Below, piece by piece: positions 11,294-22,828 of a DNA stretch of 64,000 nt. A program made the translations under genes and the position numbers. Source of the stretch: an uncultured delta proteobacterium (lineage in GTDB: Bacteria; Desulfobacterota; Desulfuromonadia; Desulfuromonadales; JACZKF01); assembly GCA_963816395.1 (NCBI GenBank), contig CAWFKQ010000002.1, positions 32,001 to 96,000 of the forward strand, written 5' to 3'. Numbering within the stretch: position 1 is the first letter of the stretch; every line of letters begins with the position of its first letter. The notes under the pieces were generated by a model. That model did no database searches and was not told the origin of the DNA. It worked only from the letters and a program-made list of their open reading frames with translations.

Positions 11294-11824
11294 TCAACTC
11301 TCCGGTTCAATGGTTCCGATATACGGCAGGGCGCGGAAGCGGTCCCGGTAATCGAGGCCGTATCCCACCACCCAGGCGTCCGGGATATCAAAGCCGAGAT
11401 AATCGATCGGTGTCGGTTGCTCCAGGCGTTCGGGTTTGCACAGCAGGGAACAGGTCTTCAGGGAGGCGGGACGCCGGGCCTGGAAAAGGCCGGTCAGGTA
11501 CTCCAGGGTGTGGCCGGTGTCGATGATATCCTCGACAATCAGCACGTGCCGGCCGGTGAGATCGGTACGCACATCCATGATCAGGCGCACCGCCCCTGGG
11601 GTGGTTGCCGCCCTTCTGCCGTAGGCGGAAACGGCGATGAAGTCGATGCGGCGAGGAATGGTGAGCAGCCGCGAGAGATCGGCGAGGAAGATGTAGCAGC
11701 CGCGCAGCACCCCCACCAGCAGGAGCTCATCGGCTTCGGCGTAATCGGCGGAGATGGCCGCCGCCAGCTCGGCGACCCGGGTGCGGATCCGTTCTTCACT
11801 GAGGAATACGGCAGGCATCGGCAT
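11294..11824 (-). CDS. hpt: Hypoxanthine phosphoribosyltransferase
   Basis: VLIVEDIIDTGHT PRPP loop, VVGYGLD, RALPYIG. Confidence 0.92.
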   Translation of the reverse strand: MPMPAVFLSEERIRTRVAELAAAISADYAEADELLLVGVLRGCYIFLADLSRLLTIPRRIDFIAVSAYGRRAATTPGAVRLIMDVRTDLTGRHVLIVEDIIDTGHTLEYLTGLFQARRPASLKTCSLLCKPERLEQPTPIDYLGFDIPDAWVVGYGLDYRDRFRALPYIGTIEPES

Positions 11825-11831
11825 CGGTGGC

Positions 11832-13568
11832 TCACCCGGTGAAAAGAGGAACGATCGTCCCGGCGGTGACGTCCACCAGCCCCCGGTCGGTCAGTTTGAG
11901 GGCGGGGATCACCTCCAGGGCAAGAAAGCTCATGGTGGCGAACGGATCGGTCAGTGTCGAGCCAAGGTCCCGGGCGGCCCGCTGCAGTTCCTCCAGACGG
12001 TCGCGCACCGTCTCTACCGATGCCTCCGCCATCAGGCCGGCCAGGGGGAGGGGAAGCCGCGCCAGCACGGTTTCGCCCTCTGCCGCCGCCAGTCCGCCGC
12101 CCCCCGCTGCTGCGGCTATCGAAGCCGTGCGCAGGGAAATGTCGTCGGCACCGATCGCGACCAGGTTGTGATGGTCGTGCGCCACCGTGCCGGCGACCGC
12201 TCCCCGCTGCAGTCCGAAGCCTTGTACGAAACCCAGGCCGATCCGGCCGGAACCCCGGTGTCGTTCGATAACCGCCATCTTCAGCAGGTCCCGCTGGGTA
12301 TCGGCGAGCACCAGCCCCCCCTCCAGGTGCGGGGCCAGGCGCAACTCCTCCGTCACCAACTGGTCCCGTATGATACCGATCACCCGGATCTTCCCGCGGC
12401 CGCCCGGGATGCGGTAATCGACCTGCCGCCAGTCGATGTGCACGGTATCATGCAGCGCCGTTGCCGCCGTGGTCGGCGGCGCCTCGGCAAAGGGGCGGAG
12501 CAGGCCTGCCCCGGCCACCTCGCGGCCGCTCTGGAAGACGAGTTCCGGCCGCGGGGCGGCAAGATCGCTGAATACCACCAGGTCCGCTCGCCGGCCGGGG
12601 GCGATTGCCCCCCGGTCAGCCAGCCGGAAATGCTCGGCCGCATTGAGGGTAGCCAGACGGATAGCGAGCAGCGGCTCGAGGCCGGCGGCAATGGCCATCC
12701 GCACCAGATGATCGATGGAACCCTCGCGCAACAGGTCTCGCGGCTGACGGTCGTCGGTGCAAAAGGCGAAGAACCGTTCGTTGTACGGGGTAACCAGGGG
12801 AAGCAGGGCGGTGAGATTGCGCGCCGCGCTCCCTTCGCGAATGAAGATGCGCAGGCCCCGGCGCAGCTTCTCCCGCGCCTCCTCGGCGGTGGTGCATTCA
12901 TGTTCGGAGCAGATGCCGGCGGCGGCATAGGCATCCAGTTCCCGGCCGGAAAGCCCGGGGCAGTGGCCGTCCACCGGCCGGTCGCGAAAGCTGGCGATCT
13001 CTTCCAGAACCCGGGCATCGCCGGCGAGCACACCGGGGAAATCCATCACTTCCCCCAGCCCGACCACCCGGCGGTCGGCGGCCAGGGAGCGCAGGTCGGC
13101 TGCGCGGAGTTCGCCGCCGGCGGTGGCCAGCCCGGTCGCCGGAACGCAGGCGGGCAGGGTCACCAGCACCTGCAGGGGGAGTCCCGCCGTGGATTCGAAC
13201 ATGAAGCGGATGCCCTCGGCACCGAGAACGTTGGCGATTTCGTGCGGATTGGAGACAACCGTGGTCACTCCGTGCGGGACCACGGCCCGGGCGAATTCAC
13301 GCGGGTGCAGCAGCGAACTCTCCAGGTGCACATGGGCATCGATGAAGCCGGGGCAGATGAAACGACCTCCCAGGTCGATCACCTGCCTCCCTTCATAATC
13401 GGCGCCCACTCCGGCAATCCGGTCATCTGTCAGGGCAATATCGACGATGCGGGTTTCACCGTCGAGAACATCAATCAGCCGGCCGTTGGTCAAAACCACA
13501 TCGGCCGGCTCCCTGCCGCGGGCAACGGCAATCCGGCGGGACAGCGCTTGGCGGACTTGGCTGTGCAT
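11832..13568 (-). CDS. ade: Adenine deaminase
   Basis: PGFIDAHVHLESS, NPHEIANV, DGHCPG, IREGSAARN, CTDD, VAHDHHN. Confidence 0.93.
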   Translation of the reverse strand: MHSQVRQALSRRIAVARGREPADVVLTNGRLIDVLDGETRIVDIALTDDRIAGVGADYEGRQVIDLGGRFICPGFIDAHVHLESSLLHPREFARAVVPHGVTTVVSNPHEIANVLGAEGIRFMFESTAGLPLQVLVTLPACVPATGLATAGGELRAADLRSLAADRRVVGLGEVMDFPGVLAGDARVLEEIASFRDRPVDGHCPGLSGRELDAYAAAGICSEHECTTAEEAREKLRRGLRIFIREGSAARNLTALLPLVTPYNERFFAFCTDDRQPRDLLREGSIDHLVRMAIAAGLEPLLAIRLATLNAAEHFRLADRGAIAPGRRADLVVFSDLAAPRPELVFQSGREVAGAGLLRPFAEAPPTTAATALHDTVHIDWRQVDYRIPGGRGKIRVIGIIRDQLVTEELRLAPHLEGGLVLADTQRDLLKMAVIERHRGSGRIGLGFVQGFGLQRGAVAGTVAHDHHNLVAIGADDISLRTASIAAAAGGGGLAAAEGETVLARLPLPLAGLMAEASVETVRDRLEELQRAARDLGSTLTDPFATMSFLALEVIPALKLTDRGLVDVTAGTIVPLFTG

Positions 13569-13696
13569 ACAACAACAATTAACCGCCGAAGTTGGCGAAG
13601 GTCAAGGGGAGGGGAGAGAATAACGGGGAAGTTCTTTACAGTGAATATTTAGTTTATATAATGAAATAATCGAAACTACGGTAGAGGGAGGAGTCC

Positions 13697-13876
13697 ATGA
13701 GGGGAATGGTGCCGAAATATTTCGTCGGTCAGGAGGGGGATTTCGAAACTCTCGATTCCTTCGGCAACCCGCGCGAGAAACTGGCAGGACGCATTCTGCA
13801 ACTGACGGACAGCCGGGATGCCCTGTACGCCACTATCGACGACGGCCGGCAAACGGTTTCCGTACGTCTCGGTTAA
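13697..13876 (+). CDS. Small hypothetical protein (59 aa), below the ORF-track cut-off
   Basis: GGAGGAG RBS before ATG 13697; MRGMVPKYFVGQEGDFETLDSFGNPREKLAGRILQLTDSRDALYATIDDGRQTVSVRLG; upstream AT-rich TATAAT. Confidence 0.55.
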   Translation: MRGMVPKYFVGQEGDFETLDSFGNPREKLAGRILQLTDSRDALYATIDDGRQTVSVRLG

Positions 13877-14220
13877 TCCGGAGGATTTTTTTTCCGGAGC
13901 AGACCGAACAGAAAGTCTACGGAGGTGGGTATTTCGCTTGCCTTCGGGTGCTCTCCGGCTGAAGCTCCTTGCTCCGCCGACCCCATTTCCCACCGGAGGA
14001 TGTCGCCGGCCATGAATTCCACATGCCGGATAGCGCGACCGGTCAAATCAGTCGGGCACTTGCCGAAGATCTCCACCGGTCCGTAATGTCCCGCCGTCGT
14101 TGAACTCCCGAAGGCATGCGGTGCAGAAAGCTCGCCGGACACCACCGCACACCATTCGGCGTCCCGGTGCTCCAGTTGGATGGTAAATTGTCCCTTAACC
14201 GTGGTGAGAGTCAGGCGCAT
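13873..14220 (-). CDS. Hypothetical protein
   Basis: 115-aa ORF with ATG start, fills the intergenic gap; no recognised motif. Confidence 0.4.
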   Translation of the reverse strand: MRLTLTTVKGQFTIQLEHRDAEWCAVVSGELSAPHAFGSSTTAGHYGPVEIFGKCPTDLTGRAIRHVEFMAGDILRWEMGSAEQGASAGEHPKASEIPTSVDFLFGLLRKKNPPD

Positions 14221-14538
14221 GGAAACAGCATCTTCCTGTGCGGATTAAAGAGTCTTCCGGGTAATCGTTTGCAAGCTTCATTCCATTCGGATTAAAAATC
14301 CGAAAACCCGCCCCAGAGCAGAGCCTGTGGGATTCTCAACCAAAGATTAAAACGCCCGAATCGGTCATCTCGCGTCCCGCCGCAACGGCGGGCGGCCGAC
14401 CGGCGCCCGGTTAGCTGCGAACGATTTCTAACCCGCTGAATTCTCTCGTTCTGGAGGTAACCGGAGGATCGGTTTCGGGTTGTCGGGGTAAGGCGGGTAC
14501 TGAACGCCATAAGGCGGGCATTGGCGCGGAGGGGGCAG

Positions 14539-14576
14539 AAAAAGAAAAAGGATCGGCTTTTCAGCCGACCCTTTTG
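14539..14576 (-). terminator. Terminator downstream of tRNA-Ala
   Basis: Minus: GGGTCGGCT-GAAA-AGCCGATCC followed by a T-rich tract. Confidence 0.75.
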
Positions 14577-14581
14577 ATTTT

Positions 14582-14657
<76 letters not shown>

Positions 14658-14671
14658 GTGACAGGAGCCAC

Positions 14672-14700
14672 TTTATAGCAAAGGGTTTCTGGCGTGTCAA
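14672..14700 (-). promoter_or_regulatory. Sigma70 promoter of tRNA-Ala
   Basis: TTGACA-N17-TATAAA just upstream of the tRNA. Confidence 0.8.
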
Positions 14701-14707
14701 TGAAAAA

Positions 14708-14822
14708 AACAGGCTGGAGGCTAGAGGCAAGGGTGCTGTAGGTCAAGGCAAAAAGTAGAGGGCAAACCAAAGGATAGACCTGTTTTCCTCTTGCCGCTAG
14801 CCTTTAGCCTCTGGCCTGTTTT
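14708..14822. repeat. Heptamer-repeat inverted element (AGGC-A/TAG type), copy 1
   Basis: aacaggctggaggctagaggcaag ... cctcttgccgctagcctttagcctctggcctgtt. Confidence 0.6.
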
Positions 14823-16109
14823 AAACCGCCAGGCTGATGACGGAGAAAATGGCGGCGGCGATCAGGAACCAGTTGCATTCGTGGATACGGCCGAGGAGGA
14901 GGCGGATCAGTACGTAGGAGAGAAAACCAAAAGCCAGACCGGTGGCAATGGAGTAGGTCAGGGGCATCAGAAGGAAGGTGAGAAAAGCGGGGGCACCTTC
15001 CTCAAAACGATGAAAATCAATGCCGCCGATGCCGCGCATCATGAAGATTCCGACGACGATCAGCGCCGGGGCGGTGGCGTAAGAGGGGACGGCGGCAATC
15101 AGCGGGGTGAAGAAGGCAGCAAAGAGAAAGAGGGCGGCGGTTGTCACCCCGGTCAAACCGGTCCGGCCACCGTCGGCGACGCCGCTGGCCGATTCGATGA
15201 AAGGCCGTGGTGGTACTCGTCCCGAGCAGGGCGCCGCCGATGGTGGCGAGGGCATCGGCGGTCAGCATCCGAGGCAGGCCAGGCACTTCCCCCTGCTCAT
15301 CAGTCATCCCGGCTTCCCGACAGACCGCCAGCATCGTCCCGAGGCTGTCGAAGAGATCGACAAACATGAAAGAGAAGATGCTCGACCAGAGGGATACCTT
15401 CAGGGCTCCCAGGATATCAAGGTGCAGTGCGATGGGCGCCGGCGAGGGGGGGATGGCGGCCAGGCCAGCCGGCCAGGGGGATAGCCCCAGGACAGAAACC
15501 GAGCAGGGTGGTGGCCAGTATGGCGAGCAGCAGGGAGCCGCGCACTTTCCGGACCTCAAGCAGGATGGCCAGCAGCAGCCCGAGCAGACCGAGCAGCGCC
15601 GCCGGGGTAAGACGCCCGAGTTGCACCAGAACCGCCTGGCTCTTCACCACCAGCCCGAGATTCTGCAGGCCGATAAAGGCGATGAACAGGCCGATTCCTA
15701 CTGAAGTCGCCAGGCGCAGGGAGGCGGGGATGGCCCGCGCCAGCCGTTCGCGTACCCCCAGCAGGGTAAGCAGGAGAAAAAAGACCCCTGAAAGGAAGAC
15801 GACGCCGAGGGCGGTGGGCCAGGGCACTCCCTCCTTCAGCACCAGGGTATAGGTGAAGAAGGCGTTGAGACCCATTCCCGGGGCCATCATCAGTGGGGCG
15901 TTGGCCCAGACCGCTACCAGCAGTGTGGCGAGGCTCGCTGCCAGGCAGGTGACGGTGGTCAGCGCTCCCTTGTCCATCCCGGCCTGGGAAAGGATGGAAG
16001 GATTGACGATGATGATGTAGGCGGCGGTCAGAAAGGTGGTGGTGCCGGCGACCAGTTCAGTGCGGACGCCGGTACCGTGCCGGCGGAGTTGAAACAGGCG
16101 ATCGAGCAT
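14821..16109 (-). CDS. NCS2/AzgA-family purine permease, frameshifted near 15490 and 15203
   Basis: RTELVAGTTTFLT, APGMGLNAFF, GIGLFIAFIGL, VDLFDSLGT, FIESASGVADGGRTGLT, MPLTYSIATG. Confidence 0.9.
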
Positions 16110-16178
16110 GGGTTAAATCCAGGCAAGCGGTTGGAGGGAAAAGGCAGGCACAGCGGGATTTCCCATTGCCCGGAGCCT

Positions 16179-16529
16179 CTAGCCCGCCTTCTTCTCCTTG
16201 AACATGATGAGCAGCATCTTAAAACGTTCAACGGCCCGTACCCGGTGGGAGATCCCGCCGGGCATGAGGACGATCTCGCCGGCCCTGACGGTGACTGGTT
16301 TGCCGCCGATGGAGATCTCGGCCTGACCGTCGAGGACCTGGATGAAAGCGTTGAAGGGAACGGTATGTTCGGAAAGGGCTTGCCCCTGGTCGAAGCTGAA
16401 GACGGTCAGGGTGCCGCTGTCCGTCTGCAGCAGGGTGCGGCTGACGATGGAACCGGCCTGGTACTGGGTCATCTCGGCTAAGTTGTGGGCTACAGCGCCT
16501 TCGATGTTGACGCAGGGATCGGCAGTCAT
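16179..16529 (-). CDS. Cupin-domain protein
   Basis: TVFSFDQGQALSEHTVPF, LMPGGISHRVRA, FKMLL. Confidence 0.85.
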   Translation of the reverse strand: MTADPCVNIEGAVAHNLAEMTQYQAGSIVSRTLLQTDSGTLTVFSFDQGQALSEHTVPFNAFIQVLDGQAEISIGGKPVTVRAGEIVLMPGGISHRVRAVERFKMLLIMFKEKKAG

Positions 16530-16571
16530 GGCAACCTCCTTGAGGGAATTCAGTCTCGTTTTAATTATACC

Positions 16572-17246
16572 TCAGCGGGCAGGTTGCCGCCCATCCGGCG
16601 TTGCCTCGTTGATCTGGTCCCAGAGAATTTCGATATCGCGGGACAGGGCCGGACTGGAGGTGCGCTTGGCGGCGCGGTAAAGGGAGCCGAGGGTGGTTTT
16701 CTCATCACCGAGGCGGTAGGAGGCCAGGGAGGCATGATAGAGGATGGCGGCCGCCAGATCGTCCCCCGGATTCTGGGCCAGGGCCTGTTCGAAGAACTGC
16801 AGCGCTTCCCTGTCCCGTTCCTTCCGCAGGGCCAGGACTCCCAGGAGGTCGGCGCGGGCGGCGGATCCTTCGGGAAGTTCGGTCAGCAACTTGTGGGCCT
16901 TGCCGATGCCATCGAGTTTGAAGACGTAGAGGAGGGCAAGGCGATGGAGGATCTCCGGCCGCCGGGGGTCCTCTTCCGGCAGCAGATTCAGGGCTCGGAG
17001 ATATGCGCGCCGGGCGGCGCCCAGCTCGCCGCTGCATTCCAGCAACTCACCGCGCCGCAGGTTGAGGCTGCTGTCCGCCGGCTGGTACTCGATGGCTTGA
17101 CCGAGGCGCTTGGCGGCGGCGGGGAAATCCCGGGCGGCGGCCAGTTCCTCGGCCTGCCGGCGGAAAGTTTCCGCTGCCTGGGGGTCGGGTGCCACAGTGG
17201 CGCAGCCGGCGAACAGGAGCAATAACAGGAGAAATAGAGACTTCAT
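16572..17246 (-). CDS. TPR-repeat lipoprotein
   Basis: Lipobox FAGC; helical repeats with A..AY.RAL...P pattern. Confidence 0.75.
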   Translation of the reverse strand: MKSLFLLLLLLFAGCATVAPDPQAAETFRRQAEELAAARDFPAAAKRLGQAIEYQPADSSLNLRRGELLECSGELGAARRAYLRALNLLPEEDPRRPEILHRLALLYVFKLDGIGKAHKLLTELPEGSAARADLLGVLALRKERDREALQFFEQALAQNPGDDLAAAILYHASLASYRLGDEKTTLGSLYRAAKRTSSPALSRDIEILWDQINEATPDGRQPAR

Positions 17247-17260
17247 CTGCCGGTGATGGA

Positions 17261-17290
17261 AAAAGGCCGGAGAAAAACTCTCCGGCCTTT
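17261..17290. terminator. Terminator-like hairpin after purC
   Basis: AAAAGGCCGGAG-AAAAA-CTCTCCGGCCTTT. Confidence 0.6.
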
Positions 17291-17296
17291 GTCAGC

Positions 17297-18187
17297 CTAA
17301 AGGGTGATCCCGGTCAGCCGGGTGAGAGCCTCCAGGTATTTTTCCCCCGTCTGACGGACGATTTCCGGCGGCAGGGGGGGCGGCGGCGCCTTTTTCCCCC
17401 AGTCGAGGGTCTCCAGGTAATCGCGCAGAAACTGCTTGTCGAAACTGGGTTGGGGGCCGCCCGGTCGATATCTGTCCTTGGGCCAGAAGCGTGAGGAGTC
17501 GGGGGTAAGGGCCTCGTCGATCCAGATCAGGCGCTCCTCATGGATGCCGAACTCGAACTTGGTATCGGCGATGATGATCCCCCGGGTCTCGGCATAGTCG
17601 CGGGACCGCCGGTAAATGGCCAGGGTGGCGTCCCGGGCCTGCTCGGCCAGGTCGCGGCCGCACAGTTCGGCTGTTTTTTCGAAGGAGATATTCTCGTCGT
17701 GCTCGCCGAGTTCGGCCTTGGTCGAGGGAGTGAAAATCGGCTCAGGCAATTGCGCGCTCTCCAGCAGCCCCGGCGGCAGGGCAATGCCGCTGATGCTCCC
17801 CGACTGCCGGTACTCTTTCCAGCCGGAGCCGGCAACGTAGCCGCGCACGATGCACTCAACCGGCAGCGGTCGGGCTTTTTTCACCAGCATGCTGCGGCCG
17901 GCCAGCTGGTCCCGGTAGCGGTGGGTGACTGCCGGAAAGTCGCCGATCTCGGTGGCGACGATGTGGTTGGGGATGATATCGGCCATCTTCTCGAACCAGA
18001 ACCGGGAGATCTGGGTCAGAACAAAGCCCTTGTGGGGAATGCCCTGATCCATGATGACGTCGAAGGCGGAGATGCGGTCGCTGGTGACGATCAGCAGGTG
18101 CTCGCCAAGATCGTAGATGTCCCTGACTTTCCCCCGGTTGACCAGCTGGAGATCAGGGAAGCTGGTCTGCATGACGATCTGGGTCAT
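17297..18187 (-). CDS. purC: SAICAR synthase
   Basis: [50 protein letters not shown]. Confidence 0.96.
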   Translation of the reverse strand: MTQIVMQTSFPDLQLVNRGKVRDIYDLGEHLLIVTSDRISAFDVIMDQGIPHKGFVLTQISRFWFEKMADIIPNHIVATEIGDFPAVTHRYRDQLAGRSMLVKKARPLPVECIVRGYVAGSGWKEYRQSGSISGIALPPGLLESAQLPEPIFTPSTKAELGEHDENISFEKTAELCGRDLAEQARDATLAIYRRSRDYAETRGIIIADTKFEFGIHEERLIWIDEALTPDSSRFWPKDRYRPGGPQPSFDKQFLRDYLETLDWGKKAPPPPLPPEIVRQTGEKYLEALTRLTGITL

Positions 18188-20137
18188 ATCTGGCTGTTCT
18201 CCCCTTTGAGCGAAGATGCGATATTCGGCGAAATGGTGATTTCGGCCTGGCTGCGCAGGTCCTTCAGGCGCTTCTCCAGTGCCTGATCCTTCTCCTGATT
18301 GAGCAGCGCCTGCCGCAGTTCTTCGCGCTTGGTCTGGTTCAGGGCGTCCATATCGGCTGCCTGGCGGTCGGTGAGCATGGCGACCACGAAGTTGCCGTTC
18401 TGCTCAAAGACCTGGTCGGGCACCGGCGCCTCCCGGGTCAGCCCGTAGGCCGCCTTGGCCAGCTCCTCCGAATTCCCCAGGCGGGGGATCAGGGAGCCGT
18501 AGGCACGGCTGAACAAACCGGTTTCCTCGACCTTCAGCCCCTGGGCACGGGCCAGAGAGTCGAGCGCTTTTCCCTGCCGCAGGTCGGCCAGGATCTTTTC
18601 CGCCGTCTGCCGGGCCAGCTTCCTGCGCCTTCTCCTGGCGGTAAGCCTGTTCCACCTTGCCGCGCACCTCGGCCAGTTCCGGCCGGCGGCTTTCCCGGCG
18701 ATCCTTGAGGGCGAACAGGACCACCCCCTGGGGCAGGATTACCGGCCTGGCCAGTTCGCCTGGCTGCATGCTGAAGACGGTGGCGGCGATTTCCGGAGCC
18801 TCCCCCAGGCCGTCGATGCTTCCCTGCCGATCGAAGTAGCCGGTCTCCCGTATCTTCATGCCGTTGGCTTCGGCGGCTTTGTCCAGGCTGCCGCCCTGGC
18901 GGTTGACATTGTAGGCGTCGATCGCCTTCTCGTAGGCGAGTTTTTGCGCCTTTTCCGCCTGCAGCCCCGTCTTAACGGTCTCCGCTACTTCGGCGAAGGG
19001 CTTCACCCCGGCATCGATGTGCTGCTCCACTTTGATGATGTGGAAACCGAAGGGAGATTCGACGATATCGCTGATCTGCCCGGGCGCCAGGGAAAAGGCG
19101 GCCTTCTCGAAAGGGGCGACCATGGTGCCGCGGGGAAACAGGCCGAGCTCGCCACCCTTGGCGGCGCTGCCGGGGTCATCGGAATATTTCTTCGCCAGTT
19201 GGGCAAAGTCCTGCCCAGCGCGGGCTTTTTCCAGGACTTCCGCGGCCAGCTTCCGCTTCTGCTCCTTCAATTCGGGGCTGGCATCGGGCGGGAGCTTGAT
19301 CAGGATGTGAGCGGCCTTGACCTGCTCGGGAATCTCGAATTGGTCGAGGTGGTGCCGATAATAGCCCTGGAGTTCCCCGTCCTCATAGGTGACATCTTTG
19401 GCATATTGGCCGGGCTCGAAAAGCAGGTAGCGCAAGGATGCCGTTTCGGGAAGCCGGAACGCCTCCTGGTGCTCAGTGAAATAGCTCTTCAGCGCCGCCT
19501 CATCCACTTTGACCCGGCTTTCGAAAAGGGCGGGGGAGAGGCGCACGAAAGCGAGGGCTATTTTCTCGTTGCGGTCGCGGTATTCCTTGGCGATCGCATC
19601 ATCGGATACCGTCACCCCCTGCTGGATTTTGTCGCGAATTTTCTCGATCAGCAGCTGCCGCTGCTCCATCTTTTCGAAATCATCGGGATTCAGACGCTGG
19701 CTGGCCAGCACCCGCAGATAGCGGTCCCGGCTGAAAGCGCCGTTATCCTGGAAGGCGGGAATTTCGGCAATCGCCTTCACCAGTTCCTTGCGGGAGACCT
19801 CGAGGCCCTGACGTCCGGCTTCCTGCACCAGCAGGGTTTCCTCCACCAGGGCGTCCAGCGCCTGTTGGCGCAGCCCCAGCTTCTTTTCCAGGGCCGGGGT
19901 GAATTTTTCGCGGTAAACATTCTGGTACATGCGGTACAGATTGCTGTAGGCGTTCTGGTAATCATCGTAGCCAATGCGCGTACCGTTCACCACGGCGGCC
20001 ATGGTGGGGTCCTTTTCGCCCCGCTCCGAGCCTTTTCCCCACACCAGGAAGATGGTGCCGACAAAGGTGGCGATAATGGCCCAGAAGACCACTTTGATGA
20101 TGACGGTTTTCTGTTTCTTGCGGATCAAATCCAGCAT
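18184..20137 (-). CDS. ppiD: PpiD/SurA-N peptidyl-prolyl isomerase, frameshifted near 18620
   Basis: N-terminal anchor MLDLIRKK, parvulin motifs [30 protein letters not shown]. Confidence 0.85.
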
Positions 20138-20312
20138 CGGGGAAAGGTCTCCTTTGGTGTCGCTGAGTGGTGACAAACAGGGTCGCATGTTAGTCAATCA
20201 GGGTTAGAAATGCAACAGAATTTTCCTTTTCCAGCTTGCGGATAGGGCTGATTTCTGATAACGTGAGGCGCATTTTTACAGCAGTCCTGGAATGCCCCGG
20301 GGCTGTGGCTGA

Positions 20313-21374
<1,062 letters not shown>

Positions 21375-21475
21375 GGCGAACCATTCGCCACCGGGAATAT
21401 ACGGCGTTGGCGCACACTGGTGCTGCCGGGGAGGGAAACTGCTCCTCCCTTTTCGCCGGAACCGGGAGATAACCG

Positions 21476-22294
21476 GTGCTGGAACTGCTGAAAAAATATC
21501 GGACCCCCCTGCTGGCGAGCTGCCTGATCCTGGTTGCTCTGCTCATCTATTCGGCCAACCTGCGGCACCAGGACCAGACAACCTTTTTCGAAAGGTCCGT
21601 TCTGCAGGTGACCGCTCCCCTGCAGAAGGGGATCGACGCCACCTGCAAGGCAATTTCCGGATGGTGGCGCCATTACCTCTGGCTGGTCGAGACCGAGCGG
21701 GAAAACGAGCGGCTGCGGCTGGAAAACCGGCAGCTGCAGGCCGAACTCGGTCGCCTGGAAGAGGTCCGTCTGGCCAACGAACGGTTGCGCGGGCTTCTGC
21801 AGTTCAAGGAAAAAATCGATCTGCCGGTTCTGCCGGCGCAGGTGATCGCCGAGGATGCCTCAAGCTGGTTCCGGACCGTGGTCATCGACAAGGGGAGTGA
21901 GGACGGGGTTCGCGAGGGGCTGCCGGTGGTGGTGGCGGAAGGAGCTGCGGGGCGGATCCTTTCCTGCGCTCCCCACCAGTCGCGGGTCCTGCTGGTCACC
22001 GATGCTTCCTCCGGCATCGCCGCTCTGGTGCAGCGCGACCGAACCCGCGGCGTCATCCGGGGGCAGGGGGACAGCCTTTCTTTTGAATATGCCCTGCGCC
22101 AGGCGGATCTCGAGGTGGGGGACGAAGTGATAACCTCCGGCACCGGCGGTGTTTTTCCCAAAGGGGTGCCGGTCGGCCGCATCACCCGGGTCAGCCGTGA
22201 GAATTTTGGTCTTTTTCAGACGGTGGAAGTGGCACCCTTTGTTGATTTCTCCCGTCTGGAAGAAGTCCTGGTTCTCCTGAAGGCTGCTCGATGA
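21476..22294 (+). CDS. mreC: Rod shape-determining protein MreC
   Basis: Coiled coil ENERLR, IDKGSEDG, TSGTGGVFPKG, FSRLEEV; synteny. Confidence 0.94.
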   Translation: MLELLKKYRTPLLASCLILVALLIYSANLRHQDQTTFFERSVLQVTAPLQKGIDATCKAISGWWRHYLWLVETERENERLRLENRQLQAELGRLEEVRLANERLRGLLQFKEKIDLPVLPAQVIAEDASSWFRTVVIDKGSEDGVREGLPVVVAEGAAGRILSCAPHQSRVLLVTDASSGIAALVQRDRTRGVIRGQGDSLSFEYALRQADLEVGDEVITSGTGGVFPKGVPVGRITRVSRENFGLFQTVEVAPFVDFSRLEEVLVLLKAAR

Positions 22295-22828
22295 CCCGCA
22301 TTTTCGCCTACTTTCTGCTCGGCTTCATTTTCGTCCTGGTGCAGACCTCGCTGTTTGCCCGCTGCCTCCCCATGTTTCTGAAACCCGATCTGCTGCTGAT
22401 TCTGGTCATCTATCTGGGGCTGAACGAAAAATACGTGCGGGGAGGGCTTCTCGCCTATCTCCTGGGCTGCCTGGAGGATGTTTTCGCCGGTCACTACCTC
22501 GGTCTTTACGGTTTCGCCCTGCTGGTTACCTTTTTCGCTGTGCGGGGGTTGGCCGGACGCCTGAACACCGAAAGCTCGCTGCTGCTGCTGAGCATGGTTT
22601 TCGGCGGCACTATTCTGCAGAGCGTTCTGCTCTTCTTCTCCCTCGGTTTCTTTGCCGATACCGGTCCCCTCTCCGTCATTTTCTTCGGCAGGCTGCTGCC
22701 GCAGATTCTGCTCAACCTGGCCGCCGCCCTGCTGCTGCTGCAGTTGGTTGCCGTGGCTGCGCCGGCACTTGGTGCCGCGGGCGGAAATACCAGGGCTGCG
22801 GCACCTGAACGATCGTTATGGCTCTTAA
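22291..22828 (+). CDS. mreD: Rod shape-determining protein MreD, frameshifted near 22750
   Basis: Hydrophobic, KPDLLLILV; between mreC and mrdA; corrected stop TAA at 22826-22828. Confidence 0.85.

Noticed and set aside
13570..14581. Integrated element at tRNA-Ala
   Set aside because: No duplicate of the tRNA 3' end and no integrase found in the window.
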